A DNA stretch of 35,656 nt. It comes from Promethearchaeota archaeon. Its GTDB lineage: Archaea; Asgardarchaeota; Lokiarchaeia; Sigyniarchaeales; SOKP01. Numbering within the stretch: position 1 is the stretch's first letter; every line of letters begins with the position of its first letter. The DNA is taken from contig JAFGOA010000106.1 in assembly GCA_016926735.1 (NCBI GenBank), positions 1-35,656 on the forward strand, written 5' to 3'. The notes beneath the pieces were generated by a model that did no database searches, was not told the DNA's origin, and was given only the letters and a program-made list of their open reading frames with translations. The translations under genes were made by a program, and so were the position numbers. This document shows positions 1 through 10,413 of this stretch, in pieces.

Positions 1-26
1 AATAAAATTTAATATATAGCTTTAAT

Positions 27-2195
27 ATGGTTATGCGTAAAATACAATATTTTAATGATTCTTTCCTAAAAAAAAATAAAATTGAATATCGACATTATCA
101 AAATAATATTCTCAATGATTATAAAAATAAAAATTCTTTAATTGTTTTAGCAACAGGTTTAGGAAAAACAATAATTGGTATTTTATTAATAATAGAGAGG
201 CTAAAAAAATATAATAAAAATGGAAAAATCATTATTTTAGCTCCAACAAGACCATTAGTAATACAACATTATAATGCATGTAAAAAATTTATTGATATTG
301 AGGATAAAAAAATATCATATTTAACTGGTAAAATATCTCCAATTCAACGAATAAATATTATACGTAATTCTAGAATAGTAATATCTACTCCTCAGGTTAT
401 AAAAAATGATTTGTTGAGAAATAGATATAATTTATCTCATGTTCCTATGATTATATTCGATGAAGCTCATAGGGCAAAAGGAAATTATGCTTATTGTTTT
501 ATCGCTGAAGAATATATAAATTCTTGTAGCGACCCTCTTATTATTGGTCTTACAGCATCTCCTGGAAAAGATTATTCCAACATTCAAGAATTATGTAATA
601 ATTTATTAATTGAAAATATAATATTTAAAAATTATAATGACGATGATGTTAAGCAATATCTCCATGATATAGAAATAATTGTTGAAAAAATCGATTTACC
701 CATAAAAATCTTGGAATTGGCAAAAATCTTAGAAGATCTCTTTAGTAAATTCCTTAGTTTTTTTATTGAAAGAACTCTTTTAGAACCACAAAAAAGATAC
801 TATTCAAAACTTGACTTTTTAAAAATTGCTGAAGATTTAACTTTTTCTTTGAAATACCAAGATTTAACAAATAATGGATATTTTGATGAAATAGAATTTG
901 AAGAACATCTCTATTTTAAAGAACCAAGGATAATTGATATCGTAAAAGAAAAAAAATTAAACATCCATTCTATATATTCATATTGTTCAAGTTGTATCTC
1001 AATTCTTCATCTAAAAGATATTTTAGAAACTCAAGAAATATCTATGTTCAAGAATTATATTGAAAAAATAAAATATAGAGCAGAACAAGATAATCTCTCT
1101 GCAAAACGTATTTTAAACTCTGAACATTTAAGTTTAATTCATTCAATTATGAATAGTATAGATACTCGAAAATTAATTCATCCCAAAATAGAAAAGACGA
1201 TCCTCATAATAGAAAATGAAATAAAAGAATACTCCAATACCCAAATTATAATATTTACACAATATAGAGAAATAGCTGAAATATTAAAAAATAAAATTAA
1301 CTCCCATTTTCGAAATCAATTGATTGCAGAAAAATTCATAGGTCAATCATCAAAAATTGATGATATTGGATATTCCCAAAAAGAGCAAATACGAACATTA
1401 AATGATTTTCGAGAGGATAAAATAAATATATTAACAGCAACTTCAATTGCAGAAGAAGGATTAGACATTCCAAATGTAAAAGCAATTATTTTTTATGAAC
1501 CTGTAGCATCTGAAATAAGATATATTCAAAGGAGAGGAAGAACAGGTCGACATTCCGATGGTAGGTGTTATATATTAATAGCTGATAATACAATTGATGT
1601 TCCTTTTTTTAAAGTTGCTCAAAAAAAAGAAGATACAATGAATTCTATTCTAATTAATTCAGATCAATTGAATTTAATTGATAATATTGGAAGAAATACT
1701 ATTTCTTTTAAAAATGTAGAACCAGAGATAATTAGTTCAGATTTTATGCAAGCATATAATATAAATAGAAAAAAGGAAAATCAATTTCTTTTAAAAAGAT
1801 CAGTTGATATAATTATAGATAAAATTGATAAATTCTCTGAAAGTGAACAATATAAGACGCTAAAAAAACATAATATTACTTTTCTCTCAGATCTTTGTAA
1901 TTTAAATAAAAAAACTCTTGAAAATAAAATAGTTAAGATAAAAAATCAAAATTCTGCCCAAAATAACCAAGATAAGAAAAAATTATACCTAAATAAACAT
2001 TTAAAAACAATTATTAAATTAGTTGAAAATTATAGCAAAGAGGGTAAAATAAATTTGTTGGAACTTAGAAAACTTGCTGAATTTGAAGATATAATTGATA
2101 AAACATTTGACATTCATTTTAATCACGCTTGCAATTTAGGATATATTGAAAAAAAAAAACATCATGTATATCTAAAAAAAAAGCTTATTTTATGA
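27..2195 (+). CDS. Hef/FANCM/Mph1-like SF2 DEAH helicase, with no ERCC4 nuclease domain and a possible C-terminal winged helix
   Basis: Q motif RHYQ, Walker A LATGLGKT, LAPTRPLV, TPQV, FDEAH, LTASPG, HPK, IIFTQYR, ATSIAEEGLDIP, QRRGRTGR. No ERKxxxD nuclease motif is visible in the C-terminus. Confidence 0.9.
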   Translation: MVMRKIQYFNDSFLKKNKIEYRHYQNNILNDYKNKNSLIVLATGLGKTIIGILLIIERLKKYNKNGKIIILAPTRPLVIQHYNACKKFIDIEDKKISYLTGKISPIQRINIIRNSRIVISTPQVIKNDLLRNRYNLSHVPMIIFDEAHRAKGNYAYCFIAEEYINSCSDPLIIGLTASPGKDYSNIQELCNNLLIENIIFKNYNDDDVKQYLHDIEIIVEKIDLPIKILELAKILEDLFSKFLSFFIERTLLEPQKRYYSKLDFLKIAEDLTFSLKYQDLTNNGYFDEIEFEEHLYFKEPRIIDIVKEKKLNIHSIYSYCSSCISILHLKDILETQEISMFKNYIEKIKYRAEQDNLSAKRILNSEHLSLIHSIMNSIDTRKLIHPKIEKTILIIENEIKEYSNTQIIIFTQYREIAEILKNKINSHFRNQLIAEKFIGQSSKIDDIGYSQKEQIRTLNDFREDKINILTATSIAEEGLDIPNVKAIIFYEPVASEIRYIQRRGRTGRHSDGRCYILIADNTIDVPFFKVAQKKEDTMNSILINSDQLNLIDNIGRNTISFKNVEPEIISSDFMQAYNINRKKENQFLLKRSVDIIIDKIDKFSESEQYKTLKKHNITFLSDLCNLNKKTLENKIVKIKNQNSAQNNQDKKKLYLNKHLKTIIKLVENYSKEGKINLLELRKLAEFEDIIDKTFDIHFNHACNLGYIEKKKHHVYLKKKLIL

Positions 2196-2216
2196 AAAAA
2201 AAAAATTATTTTTTCT
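2196..2216. terminator. Probable bidirectional oligo-A/oligo-T terminator between convergent genes
   Basis: An A run followed by a T-rich run lies in the 39-bp gap between converging stop codons. Archaeal terminators are U-tract based, but the low GC background weakens the signal. Confidence 0.35.
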
Positions 2217-2234
2217 TATTATTAGTAAATATGG

Positions 2235-2723
2235 TTAAGATCCCATTAAGCATATATTTCTTAATAAACAATTAGGACAATGTTTTTTTTTTGCTCTAAT
2301 CATGAAAAAGATCAATAAAAAGATCTGAGTTCCTATTAAAGGTATTATAATTAAAAGATTAATTGTGTTATGATCTAAAATGGAATAAATTAATCCTGAA
2401 ATTATGGGAAAAAACCATTGCAATATCATTAGTGGTATCATTTTTTTAAAGCAATTTAAGAAAATTTTTCCATATTTATTTGAATACTCTTCAATAGAGT
2501 CTACTTTAGATCCTATCTTATAGATACAATTTTTGCAGACATATTTATCAAGAAATATAAAAATAAAGAATATCCAATAAACAATATAAATTAATGATAA
2601 ACTCCAATGAATGAAAAAAACAATGATACAAGATAATCCTAACTGAATATAATTTATAATAGCAGATAAAGGATCTCTATGAGCAGGGCATTTATTTGGT
2701 ACTTTCATAATAATAATCTTCAA
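2235..2723 (-). CDS. Small 4-TM membrane protein with Cys/His clusters (possible metal binding)
   Basis: Four hydrophobic segments. Motifs CPAH, CKNC and HCPNCxxxxxC lie on the same side of the TM hairpins. TTG start; an ATG at codon 6 is an alternative. Confidence 0.7.
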   Translation of the reverse strand: MKIIIMKVPNKCPAHRDPLSAIINYIQLGLSCIIVFFIHWSLSLIYIVYWIFFIFIFLDKYVCKNCIYKIGSKVDSIEEYSNKYGKIFLNCFKKMIPLMILQWFFPIISGLIYSILDHNTINLLIIIPLIGTQIFLLIFFMIRAKKKHCPNCLLRNICLMGS

Positions 2724-2852
2724 TTGATTTAAGTCATCAAAAATTCATTTAATATAAAATAAATTGAAAATTCTATTGAATTATACAATAAATATAATAT
2801 TATACCATTTTATTTGTAAGAATAATAAAAAAAGAAAAAGATAGTTTTATTT

Positions 2853-5800
2853 CTAAATGTCCATCTTATTTTCTTTTCTTCTTGAAAAAAGAAAATACAA
2901 TAATATTATTACTATAATTGAAGGAATAATTAACACTGCAGGATTCCAATTACTAAATAATAATAAATAATAGCTAAATGTTAGCATACTTGCAAAAAAG
3001 CCTATAATGGAATAATAATGGCTTGTGAAATTTTTTAATCTATTGAGGAACATATATACTTTAAAATTCATTTTCTTCATAACTTCTAATTCTGTTTCAT
3101 TTAGGTTAGCTATAATCTCAGGATTTTCATAATATATACCAAGTCGAGGATCATATTTTCCATTTAATTTATCTTGACTTATTAACGCTAGAAGATGATC
3201 TTGAATATTTTGCTTTTTAATACCCAATTCCTTATTCATAAAACTTAAAGTTAAATATTCATTAGAAACTGCTTTTATTGCCATATCGATGAAAGATTTT
3301 AATATATACCCTTCAAGGGTTTTAGTTTTTTCAGTTATTATTGCATAATATTCTGCAAAATATTGATTATAGTCATCAAGAATATATTTATTCTTAGTTT
3401 CAAAATCTTTTGATTCTCTATTTAGAATTCTTATAAGATCTTTAAGATCTTTTTTATTTTGCCTCATTTTAACTTTAATATTATCAATTCTTTTATCAAT
3501 ATTGGATATTGCTCTTTTGAATTCTTTTATTTCTATGTCATCTTCTACTCTTGTTTGTAAAACCCCTAATAATTGATTTAATTGTATTTTACTATTATTA
3601 ATAAAATTAAGGAGCTCCCCTTGAAGAATTTCATTCTTTTTAAAGTTTATTTTATTCTCAATGTTTTTAATTTTCTCATTATATTCATATGTGAAAGCAT
3701 TTTTTATTTTAACATAAAATTCTCTTAGTTCTGGTTCTAAATTAGAGATCATCACATCTTTATCAATTGTACTTTTTAATTTATCTTCTATTTTTTGTTG
3801 CTTTTCTTCTATCTTTTCGTCTAATTTATTTCTTGCATTATCAAAATAGGATTTCATTTTTTCATAAGTTTCTAGTTTTTCTATTTCCTCTCCTATCTTT
3901 AAAAATTTTTGACTAAATTCAATATTTATATTTCCAAATTCAATATTTATAAAATGTTGTAATGATTTATATTGCTCTAAACTATAAGCTATATTTTGAA
4001 TTGCTGTTTTTGAATCATCTACAATGTTTCTAAAATAATCTTTTGTTTCTTTATACTCTTGTCTATCCTCAATATCAATCCCTAACTCTTTTATTTTATT
4101 TTCAAACCGTTCTTCGATTTCAGTATCAAAATTTTTTAAATCTTTAACTCTATTAGATAGTTCAAACATATTTATTCCTAACGTTCTATTTTTAATACAA
4201 GAATCATAAAGAGATAGGGTTTTACCAATCGTTTCATTATTATATTTAATTATTTGATTATAAATGAAATTCCTTAGTTCCTTATTTTTATAATAGTAAT
4301 TAGTATAGACTAATACAAATTTCTCATCTTCATTGATCTCTCCACTGATTTGAGATATATCGATCATTTCTTTAATTCTATCTGTTGCTTCTTTACATTT
4401 TATGTTTAATTTCTTTGCAAGATCTTTTATACTTACATAATTCGTTCCCTTCTTTTCAGCAAACATTAGAATTTTATCATTTAGAATTTGATTTATATAT
4501 TCCTCTTTTGATGTTTTAACCTCATTATGAATATATTCTACAAATCTATTCCATTGCATTATTGTAAGATCTGATTCATCTTCAAAATCTTTAACTATAT
4601 TCTTATACTTATTTAATTTTTTATTATATTCTGCATTAAAGGTTTCAAATTCTTCTAAAATACTATTAAAATCATTTATAACCTCTTGAATATCAACGTT
4701 TGATTCTTTAATCTTGTGTTCTAACGATGTTTTGTAATTATTTATTTTGTTTCTAGTATAACTTATTTTATCTGATACGAAATTATCAAATTTTTCATGC
4801 TTAGATCGATTTCTTTCCTCACTTACTTTTTCTTGTATAGAATAATTTTCTTTTGCAATAGTCTTTATAATGTTATCTTCTAATTTTTCAAGTTTTTGCT
4901 GTAAATATTTAAAAAGAACATTTAATTTCTGCTTTGTCTTAATTTCTTTTTTTACATTTTTCTGTAAGCTTTTAATTTCATCCAAATTCTTTTGTAAAAT
5001 TAGACCTGATTCTCTTTTAATCATTTCAAAAGCATTTTGAAAATCACTCTCTTTAACCTTTTGGTGTGCTCTCTCATTTATTAATAATAATTGACTTTCG
5101 ACTTCTTTATAAATTTCTTGGATTACCTTTGTATTTTCTTTAAAGAAATTTAATCCCCCAGAATAATAATCGATAATTTTATCCAGCTCTTCTTTAATTT
5201 TAATCCAATAGTTTATCAGTTCTTTATGTTTTTTTATTAAACCTTCATCTTTACGCGTTATTTGTTGAGAAACATTATAAATTGCTTTATCAAATTTTTC
5301 CATACTTTTGATTATTTTATTAAATTCATTAACAATCAAATTAAATTTTTGAGAACTGTATCCATCCTCTAAGGTTTCATTTAGAGTATGTCGAAATTTA
5401 TCTATTTCTTTATTAAAATAATTCTCTAAATTGCTTAATTTATTATCTAACTCATCTAAAATATTATCAAATTTATGTATTTCTTCCTTTTCAAGGATCT
5501 TTTCTTTTAATTGTGATTCTACGTCTTTTATTTTTTTACTCAATACTGCATATGATCTATGCCAATCTGTAATTTCTGATCTTAGTATTGCTTGAATATT
5601 AACATAATATAAATCCTCGTTGAAGGAATTTTCAATATTTTCATTTAGAAAGTCCGCTTCCATAAGAGCGTTTCTTGTAATGAATTTTAATCGTTCTTTA
5701 GCAATCCGTATTTCGTTTATATAGAGATAGCTTTCAATTTCCTCTTTTATTTGAGATGATGCATTTCTTAGTTTCAATGTCATGTTATAGATATCATTTT

Positions 5801-7280
5801 TAATATCTTGAACTCTTTTTTTTTCATCAAATAATTGTGAATAGGTGATCTTTGTATCTGAGGTTATTATTTTCTCTAACAGATATTCCAAATAAAAATA
5901 ATATTTTGTTATAAATAGATATTTTTTTTTTGTTTTTATTTCACCTCTCAAAAAGTTATTCTTTATCATTTTAGTGATTATTGCGATAAAATCTTTAATC
6001 TTAATTTGATCTTTTGAATAACTCATATTGTATTTTTTAAGTATATCTGTTAATGAAATAATAGTTTTATTGGATGTTTCTTTATAAAGTTCCGTAGCTA
6101 AAATCTTCTCGCTTGGATTCAATCTTCTTATATAGTTCTTAAATTCAATTTTATTGTCCAATATTTTTAATTTAAAGGAATAATTCAAATTTATATAAGA
6201 AATAACCTCATTAATAACTTCATTTAATCCAAATAAGCTTTTCAATTGTTTTACATCAATATATTTTAGGTCTTCAATCTGCTTAAAAATAACTCTTTCA
6301 ATTTCTTCAATAAATTTATCCCATATAATAGAAAAAATAATAATTAATTTTGATGCTTCTATTAATTTCTTTGAAGACCAGGAGGTTCTATCATCCAATA
6401 TATATCCTAATTTTATATTGATAAAAGAATAAATTCCTGAAGGATTATAATCCATTAACCATGTATAATTATCTAATGCATATGTGATCCAAAATGTTGT
6501 ATTTGCTTTTCCATTCTCGGTTTTAAAACTATATCCTCCATTCTCTTTCTGAAAACTGTGAAGATATTGAAGACTTTTTTCTTCAACATTAAGTTCCAAT
6601 CCCAGAAATTTTAAACTTAATAATTTGAAGACTAATGATGGATCTTTCTTAAGATCTCCAATATATGAAGAAAATTTGGATTTATGTTCTCTTACTTCAA
6701 TATTAAGAATAGTAAATAATTCTAAAATAAAATATAGTGTTTTATCAAATTGACCTTTTTTACAAACTTCGCAATCTTTTTTTAAACAATGTCTAAATCT
6801 ATCTCCTTTATCGAGTGAATTTATAAAATCCTTAATTTGGGAGCGTGCAATTGCCTCACCTTTGATTTTCATAAATTCCTTTAAATCTCCCATTAAATAA
6901 AAACTCACTATGGCAAAATAAGTTGACCATATATCAGGTTTTTTTTGATTTGATTGAGGATGGGATTTAAATCCTAATTTTCCATCCTTATCTATTTCAC
7001 AACTTCGGATATAACTAAAAATCTTTTCCTTGACTTTATGATGAATTTCTTCTTTCAGATATTTAGACATCAGAACATACCAATAAATATCTTCAATACT
7101 AAGAGATGTAATATTAAAAAGATTTTTCGTAAAAAGTTGGAAAAATTCTGTAATTCTATCATATTTACTAAAATAAAAAGAACCTATATCTTGGGGTTTT
7201 AAAAGGACAAAAGAGCGAAACGGTTCCTTCTTAAAGACTGTAATATATGGATAAGCATATTTCCCTTCTATTATTGTCAA
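2853..7280 (-). CDS. 1475-aa protein: N-terminal prenyltransferase/squalene-cyclase-like repeats, several PCI-type winged helices, long coiled coils and a C-terminal TM hairpin
   Basis: Repeats GFKSHP..PDIWSTYFAI and YLHSFQKENGGYSF..NTTFW. wHTH-like segments VSIKDLAKKLNI..IKEMIDISQISGEI and LTLSFMNKELGI..LLALISQDKLNGKYDP. Long K/E heptad-rich stretches. Two hydrophobic helices end the protein. TTG start with GGTG upstream. Confidence 0.75.
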   Translation of the reverse strand: MTIIEGKYAYPYITVFKKEPFRSFVLLKPQDIGSFYFSKYDRITEFFQLFTKNLFNITSLSIEDIYWYVLMSKYLKEEIHHKVKEKIFSYIRSCEIDKDGKLGFKSHPQSNQKKPDIWSTYFAIVSFYLMGDLKEFMKIKGEAIARSQIKDFINSLDKGDRFRHCLKKDCEVCKKGQFDKTLYFILELFTILNIEVREHKSKFSSYIGDLKKDPSLVFKLLSLKFLGLELNVEEKSLQYLHSFQKENGGYSFKTENGKANTTFWITYALDNYTWLMDYNPSGIYSFINIKLGYILDDRTSWSSKKLIEASKLIIIFSIIWDKFIEEIERVIFKQIEDLKYIDVKQLKSLFGLNEVINEVISYINLNYSFKLKILDNKIEFKNYIRRLNPSEKILATELYKETSNKTIISLTDILKKYNMSYSKDQIKIKDFIAIITKMIKNNFLRGEIKTKKKYLFITKYYFYLEYLLEKIITSDTKITYSQLFDEKKRVQDIKNDIYNMTLKLRNASSQIKEEIESYLYINEIRIAKERLKFITRNALMEADFLNENIENSFNEDLYYVNIQAILRSEITDWHRSYAVLSKKIKDVESQLKEKILEKEEIHKFDNILDELDNKLSNLENYFNKEIDKFRHTLNETLEDGYSSQKFNLIVNEFNKIIKSMEKFDKAIYNVSQQITRKDEGLIKKHKELINYWIKIKEELDKIIDYYSGGLNFFKENTKVIQEIYKEVESQLLLINERAHQKVKESDFQNAFEMIKRESGLILQKNLDEIKSLQKNVKKEIKTKQKLNVLFKYLQQKLEKLEDNIIKTIAKENYSIQEKVSEERNRSKHEKFDNFVSDKISYTRNKINNYKTSLEHKIKESNVDIQEVINDFNSILEEFETFNAEYNKKLNKYKNIVKDFEDESDLTIMQWNRFVEYIHNEVKTSKEEYINQILNDKILMFAEKKGTNYVSIKDLAKKLNIKCKEATDRIKEMIDISQISGEINEDEKFVLVYTNYYYKNKELRNFIYNQIIKYNNETIGKTLSLYDSCIKNRTLGINMFELSNRVKDLKNFDTEIEERFENKIKELGIDIEDRQEYKETKDYFRNIVDDSKTAIQNIAYSLEQYKSLQHFINIEFGNINIEFSQKFLKIGEEIEKLETYEKMKSYFDNARNKLDEKIEEKQQKIEDKLKSTIDKDVMISNLEPELREFYVKIKNAFTYEYNEKIKNIENKINFKKNEILQGELLNFINNSKIQLNQLLGVLQTRVEDDIEIKEFKRAISNIDKRIDNIKVKMRQNKKDLKDLIRILNRESKDFETKNKYILDDYNQYFAEYYAIITEKTKTLEGYILKSFIDMAIKAVSNEYLTLSFMNKELGIKKQNIQDHLLALISQDKLNGKYDPRLGIYYENPEIIANLNETELEVMKKMNFKVYMFLNRLKNFTSHYYSIIGFFASMLTFSYYLLLFSNWNPAVLIIPSIIVIILLYFLFSRRKENKMDI

Positions 7281-7585
7281 GACTAGTTTAACACCGAATT
7301 TACTTTTGATAATAATAAAAATTAAAGTTTATATTTTTGTGTATAACATTTGTTATTGAAAAAATTTTGATCAATAATAACTTATTATTTTTAATTATCT
7401 CAAATGCTATCATTCATCTTAGAAATATAGATTCAATTCTATTCTCATTATCCATATAAGTTATAGATTAATGAAACAGATTTTTTTTTAATCTTTAAGA
7501 TAAACTAAATAAAAATATTCTTTAATTTTTCATAATTTTTATGCATAATAATTAGATCTGAAGATTTTGAACATAACTGATTTTT

Positions 7586-8770
7586 ATGGTCACGGAGAGA
7601 CTTAAAGATATCTCTTATGCTATTAGAGATATTGCTATCATTGCTGATGAAGTAATGAAGACCGGGAAAGAAATATATAATTTAAATATTGGGGACCCCG
7701 TAAAATATGATTTTTCAACACCTCACTATATATCCCAAGCTTTAGCAGAAGCAACATTTTCAGGGCAAAACTTTTATGTAGATTCACTCGGAGTTCCTGA
7801 ACTAAGATATGAGGTATGTAAATATGAACAAAATAAAAATTCAATTAATATTACTCCTAATGATATTCTAATAACTTCAGGAGTTACAGAAGGCTTATTC
7901 TTCCTTTTTGCTGCATTATTAGAAAAAAAAAATGAAATCTTAGTTCCTGGGCCTTCCTATCCAATATATATCACATATTCAAAATTTTTTGATGGTGTAC
8001 CAGTAGAATATGAACTTAATGAATTAAATAATTGGGAACCTGATATTGATGATTTAAGAAAAAAAATATCAGATAAAACAAAAGCAATTCTAATTAATTC
8101 TCCTAATAATCCAACAGGTGTATTATATAATTCAAAAAATATAAAACAGATAATTGAATTAGCAGGAGAATATACTATTCCAATTATTTCAGATGAGATA
8201 TATGATCAAATTGTTTTTGAAAAAAAATATTCATGCCCAGCAACTTTTACTAATGATATACCGATTATAGGTTTAAATGGATTTTCAAAAGCGCATCTTG
8301 CAACAGGATGGAGACTTGGATATGTCTATTATTATGATCGGAATAAACAACTAGTAGAATTGAAGCAATCAATTGAAAAAATGGCCAGAGCAAGACTCTG
8401 TGCAAATTCAATCGCACAATATGCTGCGATTGAAGCCTTAAAAAACCCAGGATCACATACTGATGAAATGGTAAAGAAACTAAAAGAAAGGCGTGATTAT
8501 TCTTATAAAAGATTAGTTGAAATCGAAGGAATCTCATGCAATAGACCTGATGGTGCTTTTTATTTATTTCCTAAATTAGATTTCAATATTCTTAATAAAT
8601 GGAAAAATGATAAAGATTTTGTAATTAATTTACTAAAAGAAACAGGGATTTGTACTGTTTATGGAAGTGGATTTGGTAATTATGGAATAAATCATTTAAG
8701 AATGACATTTTTACCAAATCTTGAAAAACTAGAGATTATATATGATCTTCTGGTAAAATTTGTCAAATAA
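7586..8770 (+). CDS. PLP-dependent class I/II aminotransferase (alanine/aspartate aminotransferase-like)
   Basis: ISYAIRD, LNIGDP, GVTEG, PGPSYP, NSPNNPTG, SDEIYD, NGFSKAHLATGWRLG (PLP lysine), PDGAFY, GSGFG, HLRMTFLP. Confidence 0.92.
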   Translation: MVTERLKDISYAIRDIAIIADEVMKTGKEIYNLNIGDPVKYDFSTPHYISQALAEATFSGQNFYVDSLGVPELRYEVCKYEQNKNSINITPNDILITSGVTEGLFFLFAALLEKKNEILVPGPSYPIYITYSKFFDGVPVEYELNELNNWEPDIDDLRKKISDKTKAILINSPNNPTGVLYNSKNIKQIIELAGEYTIPIISDEIYDQIVFEKKYSCPATFTNDIPIIGLNGFSKAHLATGWRLGYVYYYDRNKQLVELKQSIEKMARARLCANSIAQYAAIEALKNPGSHTDEMVKKLKERRDYSYKRLVEIEGISCNRPDGAFYLFPKLDFNILNKWKNDKDFVINLLKETGICTVYGSGFGNYGINHLRMTFLPNLEKLEIIYDLLVKFVK

Positions 8771-8813
8771 TCTCTTAAATATATTTAAAAAAAAATAAAT
8801 TATAAAAAAAAGA

Positions 8814-10280
8814 TTATAGGTATATTGGTCCATTAAAACTCCATGTATTATTTATTCCCATATTATCGTAGATCAATGGAGATTGCAAAATACCTATTGG
8901 TTGAGTTAGACCAGAAGGTATATAATTCATTGCATAGTTAAATGCTTCTTCTATTGATGCACTCTGATTTAATTTATACCAAAATTGATGAAAAAACCAT
9001 GACCCAGCAAATCCATCTACATTTGTATTATCACGCCAATACCATGATAAATTATCAGATGATGATGAAATTAAAATAGAATTAGTAATATCATACCAAC
9101 TATTACCTATGTTTTGATTTTCATTTAAAAAATTACCACTATAACAAAAATCGGCATTAATTATCATTCTTTTAACACTAATTTCTTTAACTAGAGTATA
9201 AAACTCTAATTCAGAGATATAACTACCATCTGCTTCGAAATGAAAAGTAGCATTATTATCTGGAAGTATAGAATTCGATCCATGATCTACCATATAGATT
9301 ATTAATTGATCTTTTGAATTAAGCTTGGAAGCAAATGATCCAGAATTTGATATATTTAATTCTTGTTTAAATCTAGTAGCATTAACATTATCATTTTCTA
9401 CATCAACAATCGCATTAGTAAGATCATTCGAAATACCATCGAGAGCATTAATATCAATAGTAGAATCTCCAGTATGATATAACATAAAAAAGATATTATC
9501 GTCTATATATCCGTGATATTTAAGCGTCCAATATACTTGTAATGCTTGAGCGGGAAATCCATCTGAATCTATACTAGTAGGAGGCGATGAAGATATAGGA
9601 GGAGGTGCTGTTTTTTCAATATTAACATCATCAAAGTATATCTGATCTCCAGCATTCATTAATCCTTCTATAGATAATACTAAAATTAGTTGAGTTATTT
9701 CATTTGTTGGTGACTGATATGCTATTCCTGTCGTATTCATGAGAATCCATATTCCTAAAGGATCAAATCGATATGATGACCAATCTGTTCGTACAATATC
9801 ATTAGTAGAATTTAACCATCGTAATCCAAGACGAACTCCTGGTGGTCCAAGTGCTGATGAAAAATGTACCCATGCAGACATGTTATATTCTGCATATTTA
9901 ATTATTGAATAAAATTTTGTCCAATTATATGTAATATCAACATTAACTACTCCATTAATTAAAGATTGGAAAATTAAGATTCCATTATTTCCATCAGGGC
10001 CTGGAATTGGTGTTAAACTCTGAAATATATTTCCGTCTGAAGGAGGATCTCTTTCCCAATTAATTTCATCATCATTAAACTTTCCATCATTTCCTTTATT
10101 AAATCCAGGTTCATCATCTTTTCTATAAAAATCATTAGCACTACAAACAATAAATGCTTTTCTTTCTCCAACTGTTTCATTTGGAGGAAATAAGATTAAT
10201 ATAATTGGAATCGGAATTGAAGCAATAATCAGAATAAAAATAATAAGAATAGTTTTCTTTTTTTTTTCCATGAATTTCAC
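8814..10280 (-). CDS. Membrane-anchored clan CD (C13 legumain/caspase-like) cysteine peptidase with an inserted carbohydrate-binding-like beta-sandwich
   Basis: N-terminal KKKK plus hydrophobic anchor. Catalytic dyad motifs LIIYMVDHGS and IINADFCYSGNF. Also GSWFFHQF, SIEEAFNYA and QSPLIYD. The insert YNMSAWV..LRWLNST..IYFDDVNI is followed by a Pro/Ser linker. GTG start; an ATG three codons later is possible. Confidence 0.75.
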   Translation of the reverse strand: MKFMEKKKKTILIIFILIIASIPIPIILILFPPNETVGERKAFIVCSANDFYRKDDEPGFNKGNDGKFNDDEINWERDPPSDGNIFQSLTPIPGPDGNNGILIFQSLINGVVNVDITYNWTKFYSIIKYAEYNMSAWVHFSSALGPPGVRLGLRWLNSTNDIVRTDWSSYRFDPLGIWILMNTTGIAYQSPTNEITQLILVLSIEGLMNAGDQIYFDDVNIEKTAPPPISSSPPTSIDSDGFPAQALQVYWTLKYHGYIDDNIFFMLYHTGDSTIDINALDGISNDLTNAIVDVENDNVNATRFKQELNISNSGSFASKLNSKDQLIIYMVDHGSNSILPDNNATFHFEADGSYISELEFYTLVKEISVKRMIINADFCYSGNFLNENQNIGNSWYDITNSILISSSSDNLSWYWRDNTNVDGFAGSWFFHQFWYKLNQSASIEEAFNYAMNYIPSGLTQPIGILQSPLIYDNMGINNTWSFNGPIYL

Positions 10281-10413
10281 TTCATAATTTTTATGTATTA
10301 CAAAACAATAAGTGAAACTGCTTTTTAAATTCTAAAGAATAATTTGCATTTTTTTTTTATAAATTGATTCAATTTATTGACAAAATGATTATTTAAAAAA
10401 AAGAGAATAAAAA

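Noticed and set aside
2193-2225. Selenocysteine read-through at TGA stops (helicase, gntK, and the TGA upstream of the ABC fusion)
   Set aside because: These TGAs lie at natural protein ends or outside domains, not at Cys-equivalent positions, and I saw no SECIS-like hairpin.
7353-7377. Inverted repeat TTATTGA-N11-TCAATAA in the divergent promoter region
   Set aside because: A 7-bp AT-rich arm is expected by chance at this base composition.
7638-8537. Minus-strand ORFs 7638..7844 and 8265..8537
   Set aside because: Antisense shadows inside the well-supported aminotransferase, with no motifs.
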